A DNA stretch of 64,000 bases from Camelus ferus. Taxonomy: Eukaryota. A program made the translations under genes and the position numbers. Where the stretch lies: NCBI RefSeq assembly GCF_009834535.1, contig NC_045696.1, positions 31,994,001 through 32,058,000 on the forward strand. The letters are read 5' to 3'. Shown here piece by piece: positions 39,796-52,854 of the stretch. Each line of letters begins with the position of its first letter. Positions within the stretch are counted from its first letter, which is position 1. The notes under the pieces are model-generated. The model did not search any database and was not told the origin of the DNA. It saw only the letters and a program-made list of their open reading frames with translations.

Positions 39796-40710
39796 CCATT
39801 TTGGAAAAGCACATGTATAGCCCTATACTAGTTCTTGTTCCCAAAGCAAAAAAGAAAGTATCAGGTTAAAAACTGTTTGTTTGTTCCTGGTAATTTTTTC
39901 CATCAAATAAAAACACAGACTGTTGTAAAATCACCATGAGCAGTCATTTCACAAAGAATAACATGTAGCCATAAATATATGGAAAAAAAGGATAATCATT
40001 GTCTATACACATGTTAAAAATTAATACCATAATGAATAATATTTGCCTAAAAGACTGGAGAAAATTTATGACCTTGGGTACAAGTTGTTGCTTACAGTAG
40101 CCAAAAATTTGGGGAAACATCCACATTTTCTCATCTTCCAAAGGCTTTTGGTATGTGTTGCTAAGTTGCCTATTTACTATTTATATGCCTACAAGCAGTA
40201 AGTGGGAGGGCTTGCCTTGGCACACATAGATTCCCTGGGCAACTGTATATTGTGCATTAAAAAAATTATCTTCAGCTGATATAGTTAAGTAAATGGTATT
40301 TAGTAATCAATATAATAATTTAAGGCTTCTTAAATATGATTATTTGTATTTCCTGCTAAGAAATTTTTAGGCATACTGTTTTGTTTTCTATTTTTCTATT
40401 AATATTTTCTCCAAAAGACATTTTATCTCTAATATTTTAAGGATATCAACACTTTTCTTTCACTATTACTTGAATAATTATATTTTCTTACATTTTTTTG
40501 CCTTAGTCTTTTGCTTATAAATTTTATGAGTTTTTTTGACACAGAGAACTCTCATTTTTTATATTCTATAAGCTAGTTTATTTCTTTACATGTGGGTTTT
40601 CTCACATGTGGGCTTCCCCTCAAAAAACAAAAAATTATATATGGCCATCCCATCAAAATATCAAATATATTTTCTAGTTATTAAAATTCTTCAGTAAAAG
40701 TTAAATCTTT

Positions 40711-40864
40711 GGGGGAGGGTATAGCTCAGCAGTAGAATGCGTGCTTAGCATGCATGAAGTCCTTGGTTCAATCCCCAGTACCTCCATTAAAAATAAAAAA
40801 ATAAATAAGTAAACCTAATTACCTCCTTCCCTCAAAAAACCAAAAAAAAAAAAAAAAAAAACCC
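40711..40864 (+). mobile_element. tRNA-derived SINE (camelid Vic-1-like)
   Basis: ggggagggtatagctcagcagtaga (A box) ..ggttcaatcccc (B box), then aaacctaattacctcc and an A tail. Degenerate TSD aaaagttaaatcttt / aaaattcaatcttt. Confidence 0.85.
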
Positions 40865-42031
40865 AAAAATTCAATCTTTAAATCAGATCATATTTTAATA
40901 TAAGCCATAAGATAAACATAGTTATATATTTTAATAGTCAATTAATTCCTCCAGGATGATTATTGAAAAAATTGTTCCCTTACATACTAAATATTTCCTT
41001 TAACTTGGATTTCTTTTGGAGCTTTGTTTAATGTTCCAAGATCCATTTTGTTGATGGTATATATATCCAATCAACTTCATTCTTCGTATTTCATATTTTT
41101 CTGATTTAAAATTAAAATATTCAACTGTTACTCATTAAATAAATGGTCATTACATTTGATGGTTCAAAATTAAAATGATTTAAAGGTGTACATTTAGAAT
41201 GTTCATTTCCATCCTATCCTCATTAACCTTGTGACAACCACACTTTTATTATTTCAATCTTTCTTCATATAAATGAAGCAAATAAGAATATATACTTATA
41301 TTTATCCCTTTCTTACAAAAAAGTAGGCATACTAGAGAGACTGTTCCTCAGGTAACTTATCAGCATAGTCTGCAATTTCTTTGTGTCTGTGTGTTTAAAC
41401 CAGAGTTTATTTAACTTGTTCTTATTTATGGAAGCTTTAGTCATTTCTAGTCTTCTGCTGTTACTAACGATGCAACAGAGAGAAAAAAAAAAACTTTACA
41501 AATAGACTTCTTTATTGTGAGGATGTTTCTTTAGGATAAAATATGAAAGGTAGTACTGGTCTATCAAATATTTTAAGTTATTTAGTCTAATGTGCCTTAT
41601 GTTTTCTAACTCACAGGTCTCCATGGCTTTACCTAAGAAAGTTAGGAAAGCTGATGTTCGTAAAGTAACCCTTCTCCATCTTGTTGCTATGCTACTGGGG
41701 AAAGCTGGCCTCAGAGGTGGCTAAGGCAGAGGAAAATACAGCTTGGAGAATTTACTACTGCTCTTAACTGCTCTGCTCATAAATAATACATGGCACTTCC
41801 TGTCATAGTCCATTGCCTGGAATCAAGCACGTGCCTGACAACCCAACACTAAAAAGGTAGGTTGAGAAATAAAGTACTTGGGATATGGAAAACTTGCTAA
41901 CCATTACTTTCTCTGGCTTAGTTAAACCTAGTAGTACGAAATAGCCTTTGTTTATTTCTTCCTATGCATTCAAGATTGCCAAAGAAGTAAATTAAATCTT
42001 CATCCTGTCATTGCACCCAATGTAAAGGCCA

Positions 42032-42500
42032 GTATATTAGTCAGACTACTAGGATAAAACAGATGGCACACTCAAAAAGAAGTAATTGAAAAAGATGTAA
42101 TTAAAGAGAATTATACAGGTGATATTTACAAAGGAGTTGGCAGGATTAAGGGAAACCTACAGGAATGGTGAACTTGAAACAGCAGGTGGCAGTTAACACC
42201 CTTAGATCTGAAGAGGTAAGGGAGGAAGTGATATCAGAATGGTTTTAGAAGTACAGTTGTTTAGTGCTTGACAGAAGCTGTGGATGCTAGTAGAGAAACA
42301 TACATGTTAAAAAAAATCCTCAATCTAGTAGAGAGGAACACAGAGGAATAAGAAACTTGATTATCTCTCTCTCTCCTCACGTCCTCTAATTTCTGACCCA
42401 TGTCTTCCACTGTCTGAACACAACTGGCAGTCAGAGGGAAGAAAACCAGATTGATAAAATCCATAGAGGTCCTTTGAGTCCAGAAACCAGTGGACTAAAA
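42032..42500. mobile_element. Ancient LTR fragment
   Basis: tattagtcag..aaaacagatggcacactcaaa..atttacaaagg..caggattaagggaaacc. Subfamily uncertain. Confidence 0.5.
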
Positions 42501-42730
42501 TGACAAGGCATCAGCTCACCATTCATTCTTTCATAAACTTATAGAAGGTATACAGTAGTAGATCAAAGCAGGATAACCACAATAAGCAGGATAATTCACA
42601 AAGGCAAAAATGGACAAATACATCAGCCACTTGTCCACAGAAATTCTGAAATTCCTGCTAGGAAGACATAGTAAAGTTGCTCTATTCTGGGGGATCTCAA
42701 ACAGCTCCCCAGCAAAAGTCATGGAAATTG

Positions 42731-43423
42731 TGTAAGACAAATACCCCAACAAACAGCCCAACAATTCTCTGTATAGTGTAAGTGCCTGATATTAAACTTT
42801 TTGATTGTAGCATAAGTGGCTGGCATTAAGCTTTTGATAGCCAAGGCATCCATATTAAAAGAGATCCATCTTAAATGAACATATTTCCAGCTGTCTGACA
42901 CAGCTACTAGCGAAACAACCAGATAGGGAATTAGGCCATCCCTGCCCATGAAGGTCCCTCTTTCAGAAAGCCTTCATTAACTGAGATAACTGACCCCTAG
43001 AGTGTGTTTCCCTTTCCCTGCCCTAATTTCTGCTGTTATGTTTTAAATTAGCTAATAGTGAAATCACAAAACCCTAGACACTCCACCCTTGGACCCTGAT
43101 AAAGGCAGAGCCCCAAATTTGGGCTCTCTCTCTCTTTCTTTATTTCTCTCACTCTGACTCTCCCTTTCTCCTTTCTTCCCACAACCTGGCTGTGTGGCCC
43201 TTGGGTGTGACATGTTCCCTCCAGCACCTGTGAGTAATAAATCTTGCTCCTCAAAGTTCCCTGAGGATTTCTGGTTGAGTCTTATGATCATAATAAGAAC
43301 CACATGGGCCGCTCCAGCCACAACATTGGCCCCAGTGGGAGCTCACTACAAGTAATGTGGGCCCAGACAAGCGCTGTAGACATTCCTAACCCATAGTGTT
43401 AATATCAATAGGCTGGGACCAAC
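42731..43423 (+). mobile_element. ERVL solo LTR (MER74/MER73-like)
   Basis: TG...CA ends; ggaccctgataaaggcagagccc (TATA-like); ctgtgagtaataaatcttgc polyA signal; ends gctgggaccaaca. Confidence 0.65.
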
Positions 43424-43919
43424 ACAGCACTCTGGAAATCATCCTGAGGACCTATGAAAAACATCTACTTAAGTCAATAAGAAGAACAAGAATCTATGGT
43501 AGTTCAAACAATATGGCCACAAGTTATCCTGAATAACAAGTAACTCTCCCATGAGGTACCTCTACCCTAGATTTCCCTCCATGAAGCCTTGAGTCTGCTT
43601 TCTGAGAGGCTCCACTTCTCAATTTATTTTCATTGGTTCCTGGGTCCACTCTACGGAAGGTTCTTCCTGTTCCATTACCCTTCCTAGCTACATCTGATGA
43701 GTGCATTGGGGAATATTCCCTGCTCAGTGGCTGTGGAGATTTGTCTACCTGCTTCTGGTCTTTGAAACATTAAAACTCAAATGTTTCTACATCTGAAATA
43801 CATATTTCTTTGGTTAGACTTAAGCTTTCATTTGCAATATGAATTTCTCTGAGACTTATTTTACCTTTATTCAATTTATTTATTTTTATTTATGTTCTCC
43901 CTATTGGATTTATTATTAT

Positions 43920-46900
43920 TTTTCTTTTTTTATTTATTGTTTTTATTGTGGTAGGAATTGTTAACATGAGATCTGCCTTCTAAACAAAATTTTGAGAACA
44001 CAGTACAATACTGTCAACTATAGTTAAGTGTTGTGAAGCAGATCTCTAGAACTTATTTGTCTTACAAAACTGAAGTTTATACTCATTAAATAGCAACTGC
44101 CCATTTTACCCTACCCCTAGTCATTGGAAACCATCATTTTATGCTCTGTTTCTATGACTTTGACTATTTCAGGTATCTAAGTGGAATCATGCAGTATTTG
44201 TCCTTCTACAACTAGCTTTTTTCACTTAGCATAATGTTATCCATGTTGTCAAATTTGGCAAGATTTCCTTTTTATTTAAATCTGAATAATAATACAGTGT
44301 ATGTATATACCAAAATTTCCTTTATCCAGTCATCCATCAGTGGACATTTATGTTGTTTTCCTGTCTATGCTATTATGGATAATATTGCAGTGAACATGGG
44401 AGTACAAGTATCTCTTCAAGACCCTATTTTCAATTCTTTGGGATACAGATCCAGAAGTGGGATTGCTGAATCACATGATAGTACTATTTTTAAGTTTTGA
44501 GAAGCCTCCATACAGTTTTTCATACCAGGTGCACCAATTTACATTCCCACCAAAAGTATACAAGGGTTCCGATGTCTCCACATTGGAGACATTGAAGGGT
44601 AGAAAGTTTGTGTCTAAGGTTATGTTCTTGCATGTCAATGTCCAGTTTTATGCACCATATGTTGAAGAGACTATTTTTGTTTCTTTGTCAAAAATCAGTT
44701 GATTCTATGTATGAGGGTCTATTTCTAGGATCTCTATTCTGTTCCATTGATCAATTTATCTATTATTTTGCCAGTACTGCACTGTCTTGATTACTATAGA
44801 ATTGTAATACATCTTGAAGTTGGGAGGCATCGGTTCCCCAACTTTGTTCTCCTTTAATATTGTGTTGGCTTTCTGGGTCTTTTGCCTCTCCATGTAACCT
44901 TTAGAATCAGTTTTTCAATATTCATAAAATAACCTGCAGGCATTTTAAGTGACATTGCATTGAATATAAAGTTGGGAAGAATTGATATCTTGACACTATT
45001 GAGTTTTACTTGCTTGAACACAAACTATCTCTCCATTTATTGAATTATTTCTTTGTGTTGTTCATCAGAGTTTTGTGGATTTCCATATACAAATCTTGTA
45101 GACATTTGTTAGATTTATACTTAAGTATTTTGCTTTTTTAGTGCTAATGTTAATATTTTTGTTTTTATGTTTTCAATTTCAAATTCTGCTTGTTTGTTGT
45201 TGATATATAGGAAAGCCATTGACTTTGGTATATTAACTTTGCATCCTGTAGCCTTGCTACAATCACTTCCAGGAACTTTTGTTGATTCTTTAAGGTTTTC
45301 TATATAAATGATCACTTCATCTGCAAACAAAAATAGTTTTGTCTTCCTTCCAAATAAATGTACGTTTATGTCCTTTCCTTACCTGATAACATTAGCAAGG
45401 ACTTCCTATATGATGTTGGAAAGAAGTGGTAAGATAGGACTTGCTTAACTCGTACCTGATCTTAATGGTTAAAGCTTCAAGTTTCTCTCCACTAAGTATA
45501 TTAGATGTAGGCTTTTGTAGATAATCTTTATCAAGTTGTGAAAATTATCATCTATTCCTAGTTTACTGAAAAATTTTACCATAAATGGGTGTTGAATTTT
45601 GGCAAATACTTTTTCAGCATCTATTGTTATGATTATGTGATTTTTTTTTGGTCTATTGATGTGCTGGATTATATTAATTGGTTTTTGAATGTTGAATTAT
45701 CCTTGCATATTTGATATAAATCCCACCTGGTGTATAATTCCTCTTTCTACATAGTTGGATTCAATTTGCTAATATTTTGTTGAAGATTTTTGTATCTATG
45801 CTTGTGATATAACATATATATCATATAACATGATACAGACATTGGCCTATAGTTTTATTTTCTTGTGATGTCTGTCTGTTTTTGGTATCAGGTTAATTTT
45901 GACCTCATAGAATGAATCAGGAAGAATTCTCTCAGCTTCTATCCTCTAAAAGAGATTGTAGAGAATTGTTTTAATTGCTTCATTAAATGTTTGGGAGAAT
46001 TCATCAGTGAACCCATTTGAGCCTAATGTTTTCTGTTTTGGAAGTTTTTTGATTATCGATTCAATTTCTTTAATACACATAGGCTTATTCTGATTGTCTG
46101 TTTCTTGTGTGAGTTTTGGCAGGTTATGTCTTTCAAGAAATTTGTTCATTTCCTCTGGGTTATCAAGTTTGTGGACATAGAATTATCTATAGTATTCTTC
46201 TATTATACTTTTAATTTCCATGAGATCTATAGCAATGCCCCCCTCTTCATTTCTGATATTAGAAATTTGTGTCCTATTTCTTTTTTCCTTAGTTAGCCTG
46301 GCTGAAGAATTACTGATTTTATTGTCTTTTCAAAGAACCAGCTTTTGGTTTTGTTGATTTTCTCTATTTATTTCCTGTTTTCAATTTCATTAATTTCTGC
46401 TCCAATCCTTATTATGTATTTTCTTCTGCTTACTTTGGATTTAATTTGTTCTTTTCTTTTTTTCTAGTTTCCTAAGGTAGAAACTTAGATTATTGATTTT
46501 AGATCTTTCTTTTTTCCTAGTATGCACTCCTTCATGCATATATTCATATGCAATGCTACAAATTTCCCTATAAGCACTTTTTCTCTTCATCCCATATGTT
46601 TTGATAAGTTGTATGTTTCATTGTCATTTAGTTAAAATTATTCTTAATTTCCATTGAAAATTCTTTTTTAAAAGATGTATTATTTAGAAGTGAATTGATT
46701 AATATCCATGTAGTTTGATATTTTTAATTTATCTCTCTTTTGGTGATTTCTTGTTTTATTCTATTCTGTTGTTATCTGAGAGCAGAAATTGTATGATTCT
46801 TACTCTTTTAAATTTGTTAAGGTGTGTTTTATGGCCCAGAATGTGGTCTATTTGGTGAACAGCTTGAGAAGCATATATATTCTGCTGTTGTTAGATTAAG

Positions 46901-47830
46901 TAGTCTATACACATCATCAATTATAGCTAGTTGATTGTTGAGTTCAGCTATGTCTTTACTGATATTCTGCCAGCTGGATTCATCCATTTCTGAGAAGGAG
47001 CATTAAAGCCTCCAACTGTGATAGTGAATTCATCTAGTTCTCTTTGCGGTTCTATCAGCTTTTACCTCATGTAGTTTGATGCTCTGGTGTTAGGTGCATA
47101 TGCAGTAAGAATTGTTTTGTCTTCTTAAAGAATTGATGCATTTATCATTGTGTAATTCCCATCTTTATCCCTGATACTTTTCCTTACTTTGCTGTCTGCT
47201 CTGTCTGAAATTAATATAACTACTCTTATTTTCCTTTGATTGGTGTTATCATGGTATATTTTCCTCTATCCATTTACTTTTAATTTATATGTGACTTTAT
47301 ATTTAAAGTGGGTTTCTTGTAGACAACATATAGTTGGGTTGTATCTTTCAACCACTTTGACAATCTGTCTTTTAATTAGTACACTTAGACTATTAATATT
47401 CAAAGTTGGATTAATATCTACCATATTTTTACTGTTTTTTTATTGGTTCTTGTTCCTTGTTCCTATTTTTGTCATACAATTTTTCTGCCTTTTGTTTAAA
47501 CCAGGCATTTTATATGATGTAATTTTCCCTCCTTTCCTAGGACATGAGTTACACTTATTTTAGTGGTTGCCCTAGAAATTACAATATATATTTACAACAA
47601 ATCCAAGCTTGCTTTCAAATAACATATACCATTTTACACGTGGTGTGAGTACCTTATAATGAGAAAACAATCCTAATTCTTGTCTCCCACCCTTTCATTT
47701 CATTTATATATAAGCATATATGTATTAAAATATATTCATATACATAAGCACACATAATCAAATACATTGTTACTATTTTTATTTTGAACAAAATGTTATC
47801 TCTTAGATCAATTAGAAGAAAGAAAGAAAG
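43920..47830 (-). mobile_element. L1 3' end plus long antisense ORF2 remnant
   Basis: ORF 45121-45330 FADEVIIYIENLKES (RT motif) and ORF 45946-46149 MNKFLERHNLPKLTQE are L1 ORF2. Confidence 0.9.
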
Positions 47831-47849
47831 AAAATTTAATGTGAGTTTA

Positions 47850-50840
47850 AGGTGGTAGAGTAAAAGGATACTGAACTCACTTTCCTCTGTGAACACAACA
47901 AAAATTCAACTATACGTGGAGCAACTTTTTCTGAAAACAACCTAAAGACTGGTAGAAAGGCTCTTGCGAAACCAAGACTGTGAAGAAAGGTTCACATGGA
48001 GTCTAGTAGGAAAGGAGGAGAAGCAATCAAAGCAGGACCCTCACTCCTGATGTTGGACCCAGAAAAGAAAGGGGATATTGTGGGCTTGGGGATCTGCCCT
48101 GAGGAGTGAGGGATTTGAGCCGCATATTAGGCACTTTAGTCCTGGGATCTGTCACTAGAAGACAAGTCTCCTTAGTTGGTTTAAAAAACCAGTGAGGCTT
48201 ACCACAAATCTATAAGAAATCAAGACTCTGCTCTTAAACAGCATGCACACACATGTGCTTATTCATGGTCACGGTGCAGTGGGAGCAGATTGAAAATTCT
48301 ATGGGGCTCTGGCCAGCTTGCTGGGACTGCCCCAGCTCACATCACAGCTTGCACAGGAAGCCTACTATTTCAGAAAATTAAACAGGAGGGAATACTCCCA
48401 AATTTGTTCTACAAGGCTACCCGGATACCAAAACCAAAAAAGACACTACAACAAAGATAATTATAGGGAATGTGACATACCACATTAATACAATGAAGTA
48501 TAAAAACCATATAAGCATCTCAATATATGCAGAAAAATCATTTGTGATAAAAACAAAAAAAACACCTCTCATTAGAGGGGTAGGGAATACCTTAGTGGCA
48601 GAGTGTATGCTTAACATGCACGAGGTCCTGGGTTCAATCCCAAGTACCTCCATTAGGAAAAAAAAAAGAAACTCTCATTAAAGTTGGTAATAGAGGGAAT
48701 ATACCTCAATATAATAAAGTCCATTTATAACAAACAACAGGTAACAAAATACTCAGTGATGAAAAGCTAAAAGCTCCTTCTAAAAGATAAGGAACAAGAC
48801 AAGGAAGCCTACTCTCACCACTTATATTTAACATAGTATTGGAAGTCCTAACACAGCAGTCAGACAAGAAAAAGAAATAAAAGTCATAAAAATTGGAAGA
48901 GAAGTAAAGTCACTTTGTGCAAATTACATGATACTATATATTGAAAACCCTAAAGATTCAACTGAAAAACAAAAACAAAAAAACTATTAGAACTAATAAA
49001 TTAATACACTAAAGTTACAGGATACAAGATTAGTACACAACAATCTGTTGCTTTCCTATATACTAATAATGAACTATCAGAAAGAGAAAGCAAGGAAACA
49101 ATCAAGTTTAAAACTGCATCAAAAAGAATAAAATACCTAGGAATAAGTTTAACCAGGAGGTGAAAGACCTGAAAACTATAAGACGTTGATGAAGGAAATT
49201 GAATATGATACAAATAAATGGGAAGATATCCCACATTCATGAAATTTGGTTAAAATGCCCACACTACCTAAAGCAATTTACAGGTCTCTTCAATAAGTGG
49301 TACTGGGAAAACTGGAAAGCTTCATGTAAAAGAATGAAATTAGAACATTTTCTCAAACCATATACAAAAATAAACTCAAAATAAATTAAAGATCTAAATG
49401 TAAGCTCAGAAACCATAAAACTCCTGGAAGAAAATATAGACAGTATCCTCTTTGACATTACTATAGCAATTTGGGGGGGGGGGGGCGGAATCTGTCTCTT
49501 CAGGCAAGGGAAACAAGAGCAAAAATAAACAAATGGGACCTAATTTAACTTAAAAGCTTTTCACACCATAGGAAGCCATCAACAAAATGAAAACACAACT
49601 TACTGAATGGGAGAACATATTTTCAAATGAATTTCAATTCAAATTATATGCCTGATAAGGGGTTAATATCCAACATATATAATCAGAATAATAAAAGTTC
49701 ACTTTCATATTCACTTCACAAGAAGATACCCTCTGAGTGGGAGTGGGAGGCTATGGGACTTGGCCTTGAAGACAAACCAAACACAGTCTGCTCAGACTTG
49801 ACCATGTATCATAGGTCAGAGAGTTTTTTCTTTAAATTTAGCAATTTAAAATTTAAACAATAAAATATCTCCATGTCTTCAAAAAAAGTTGTATTCAATT
49901 AAAAAAAAAAAAAAACCTAACAACACAATTTAAAAATGGGCAGAAGACCTGAATAGATATTTTTCCAAAGAAGACATATAAATGGCCATTAGGGACATGA
50001 AAAGTTGCTCAACATCACTAATCATCAGGGAAATACAAACCAAAACCCCAAGGAGACATTACCTCACATCTTTCAGAATGCCAATTATCAAAAACACAAT
50101 AAATAGCAAATGTTGGTGAGGATGTTTAGAAAACAATACCCTACATCACTGTTGGTGGGAATGTAAATGGGTGCAGCCATTATGGAAAATAATATGGAGG
50201 TTCCTCAAAAAACTGAAAATAGAACTGCCATGTGATCCAGCAATTCCACTCCTAGGTATATATCTGAAGAAAACAAAACCACTAATTTGAAATGATATGT
50301 ACACCCTAATGTTCACAGCAGCTTTGTTTACAGTAGCCATGATATGGAAGCAACCTAAGTGTCCATCAACAGATGAATGGATAAAGAATTTTTATACATA
50401 TCACAATGGAATATTACTCAGCCATAAAAAGTTTTAAATTTGCCATTTGCAACAGCATGGATGGTCCTAGAGTATATTATGCTTAGTGAAAGAAGTCAGA
50501 CAGAGAAAGACAAATACTATATGTTTTCACCTATATGTGCAATCTAAAATAAAAAATGGACAAATGAATACAACAACACAGAAACAGACTCAGATACAGA
50601 AAACAAACTAGTGGTTACCAGTGGGGAGAGTGATGGAGGTATGGGCAAGATAGAGGTAGGGGATTAAGACAACTACCTATAAAGTAATTAAAACACAAGA
50701 ATGTAACATACAGCACAGGGAATGCAGCTGATATTTTTTGATACTTTCAATAGAGTATAATCTATAAAAGTATCGATTCACTATGTTGAACACTTGAAAT
50801 TAGTATAACATTATAAATCAACTACACTGCAAAGAAAAAA
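47850..50840 (+). mobile_element. L1 (5'UTR-like piece fused to deleted ORF2 + 3'UTR), nested in the opposite-strand L1
   Basis: 5'UTR-like 47850-48362; ORF2 from 48363 (ttcagaaaattaaacaggagggaatactccc); 3'UTR ending aatcaactacactgcaaagaaaaaa. The host L1 resumes after 50840. Confidence 0.85.
48577..48668 (+). mobile_element. tRNA-derived SINE (Vic-1-like, short form) inserted in L1 ORF2
   Basis: ttagtggcagagtgtatgcttaacatgcacgaggtcctgggttcaatccc plus A tail. TSD-like ctctcattagag / ctctcattaaag. Confidence 0.85.
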
Positions 50841-52680
50841 GAGTAAGAATAATTAAAGGTTTTATTATATCCTCACTTATTGGTTTTTCAGTCCTCTCCT
50901 TTTCTTTGTGTAGATCTGAATTCTGACCTATATTACTTTTCTTCTCTCTAAATAGTTTCTTTTTAACATTTCTTGCAAAGCAACTTTATTGGCAATAAAT
51001 TTCCTTAATTTTTATTTGTCTGAGAAATCTTTTATTCTCTTTCATTTTTGAAAGATAATTTCACAGTGTGCAGAATTGTAAGTCAGTGGGTTTTTTCTCA
51101 GTGCTTTAAGTATTTCACTCTACTCTTTTTGCTTACATTTTCCCTGAGTAGTCAAATGTCATTCTTATCTCTGTTCCACTATACATAAAGTATGTTTTCC
51201 CTCTGGCTTCTTTCAGGGTTTTTTCTTTACTTTTTATTTTCTATAAATTGAAGATGATATGCCTACGTGTAAGTTTTTGTTTTCTTCTTTTTGTTTGTTT
51301 TGGTTTTTCTGAATTTATCTGGCTTGATGTTCTTTTGAACATCTTTCTTGGATCTGTGGTTTGATGTCTGACATTAATTTGGGAAAATTCTCAGTTATTG
51401 TCTCAGTTATTATTGTTTCAAATATTTCTTTTATTCCTTTCTCTCTTCTTCTTCTAGAATTCCCATTATGCTTATGTTACATATTTTGTAGCTTTCCCAC
51501 AGTCCTTGAATATTCTGGGCTTTTTTTCAGTCTTTGTTCTCTTTGCTTTTTAGGTTTAGAGGATTTTACTGAGAGATCCTCAAGCTTAGAGATTCTTTGC
51601 TCAGTTGGGTCCAGTCTACTAGTATGCCCATCAAAGGCATTCCTCATTTCTGTTACTGTTTTTTATTTCTAGTATTTCTTTGTGGTTTTTTCTAACATTT
51701 TCATTCTCTGTTTACACTGCCCACTCAGTGTTACATAATATCTATGTTATCCATTGGAACAATTAGCATGTTAAGCATAGTTGTTTTAAATTCCTGGTAT
51801 AATAACATCAACACCTCTGGATCTCCGGTTTTGTCTGGCTGTTTCTTCAAATTGTATTTGTTGTCTTTTGATATGCCTTGTAATTTTTTTTCAATAGCCA
51901 GATATGATGTACTGGTTAAAAATTTTAAAAAAGCTGCTGTAAATAGGTCATTAGTTATGTGGTGGTGAGTTGTAGTAGGGAGGAGAAACATAGTCTTGTA
52001 TTAGGTCAAAATCTTTAGTGAGCCTATGCCTCTGCACTATAAACTTCACAAAGGTTTCTCAGGTTTGTTCTGAGGATCAGGATGGCTATGTGAACTGGAG
52101 TCAAATTTTATTTCCCTTCTTCAGTTGAGTTAGGCTCTGATAATACTCCCAGAAAGTTAGGCTTTGGTTCACTAGTTTCTCCTGAGGGCAGGCGTTGTTA
52201 AGAAGAACACAGTGCTGTGGCGTGTTTCAAAATGGTTTCTTTTTACCCTCTCCCTGCTGGAAGCCCCAGTGGATTTTTTTTTTTTCTTCACCTGATGTTT
52301 ACCATGGGAACCTGATGGAACTCTTGGAGGTAAATCTAATAATATTGTATGGGCCACCCTATGACTGGATCACCTTGGAATTTTTAACTCTCAAAGTTGT
52401 TTACACTGGGACTCTAGCAATTCATCAGTTACAGTTCAAGTTTTCCTACCCCAGCACTGGTTTCTACAGGGATTTCCACCTGTGTCTGCTCCAGGTAAGC
52501 TGTGGCTCTCTGCATTCCTTTCCTTCTCTCTAGTCTTGGGGTTAGTGGTTTGCACTGGGTCCTCCCTTCTCTTATGCCTTTGAGAAGAGTTGATTTTTCA
52601 CTCTGCTTGGCTTTTTTACTTGTGAGGACAGAATGTTGACTTCCAAGCTCTTTATATTTTGAACTAGAAACCACAAATTC
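50840..52680 (-). mobile_element. Continuation of the older L1 (ORF1/5' region)
   Basis: Antisense ORF1-type motifs (ttgtctgagaaatctttt; gacattaatttgggaaaattctcag; gcccatcaaaggcattcctcatttc). Confidence 0.7.
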
Positions 52681-52854
52681 AGGATTTCTTTTTTGAAGTG
52701 ATGAAAATATTATAAAATTGTTATGATGGTTGCACATGTCTGTGAATAGAATAAAGCCATTGGAACTGAACATTTTACATGGGTGATTTGTATAGTATGT
52801 GAGGTATATTTCAATACAGTTGTTTAAAAAATATGAATTCTAACCAACCTACTG

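Noticed and set aside
40711..40785. tRNA gene (also 48577 and 59300)
   Set aside because: A/B boxes are present, but with SINE tails, A tracts and TSDs, so these are SINEs.
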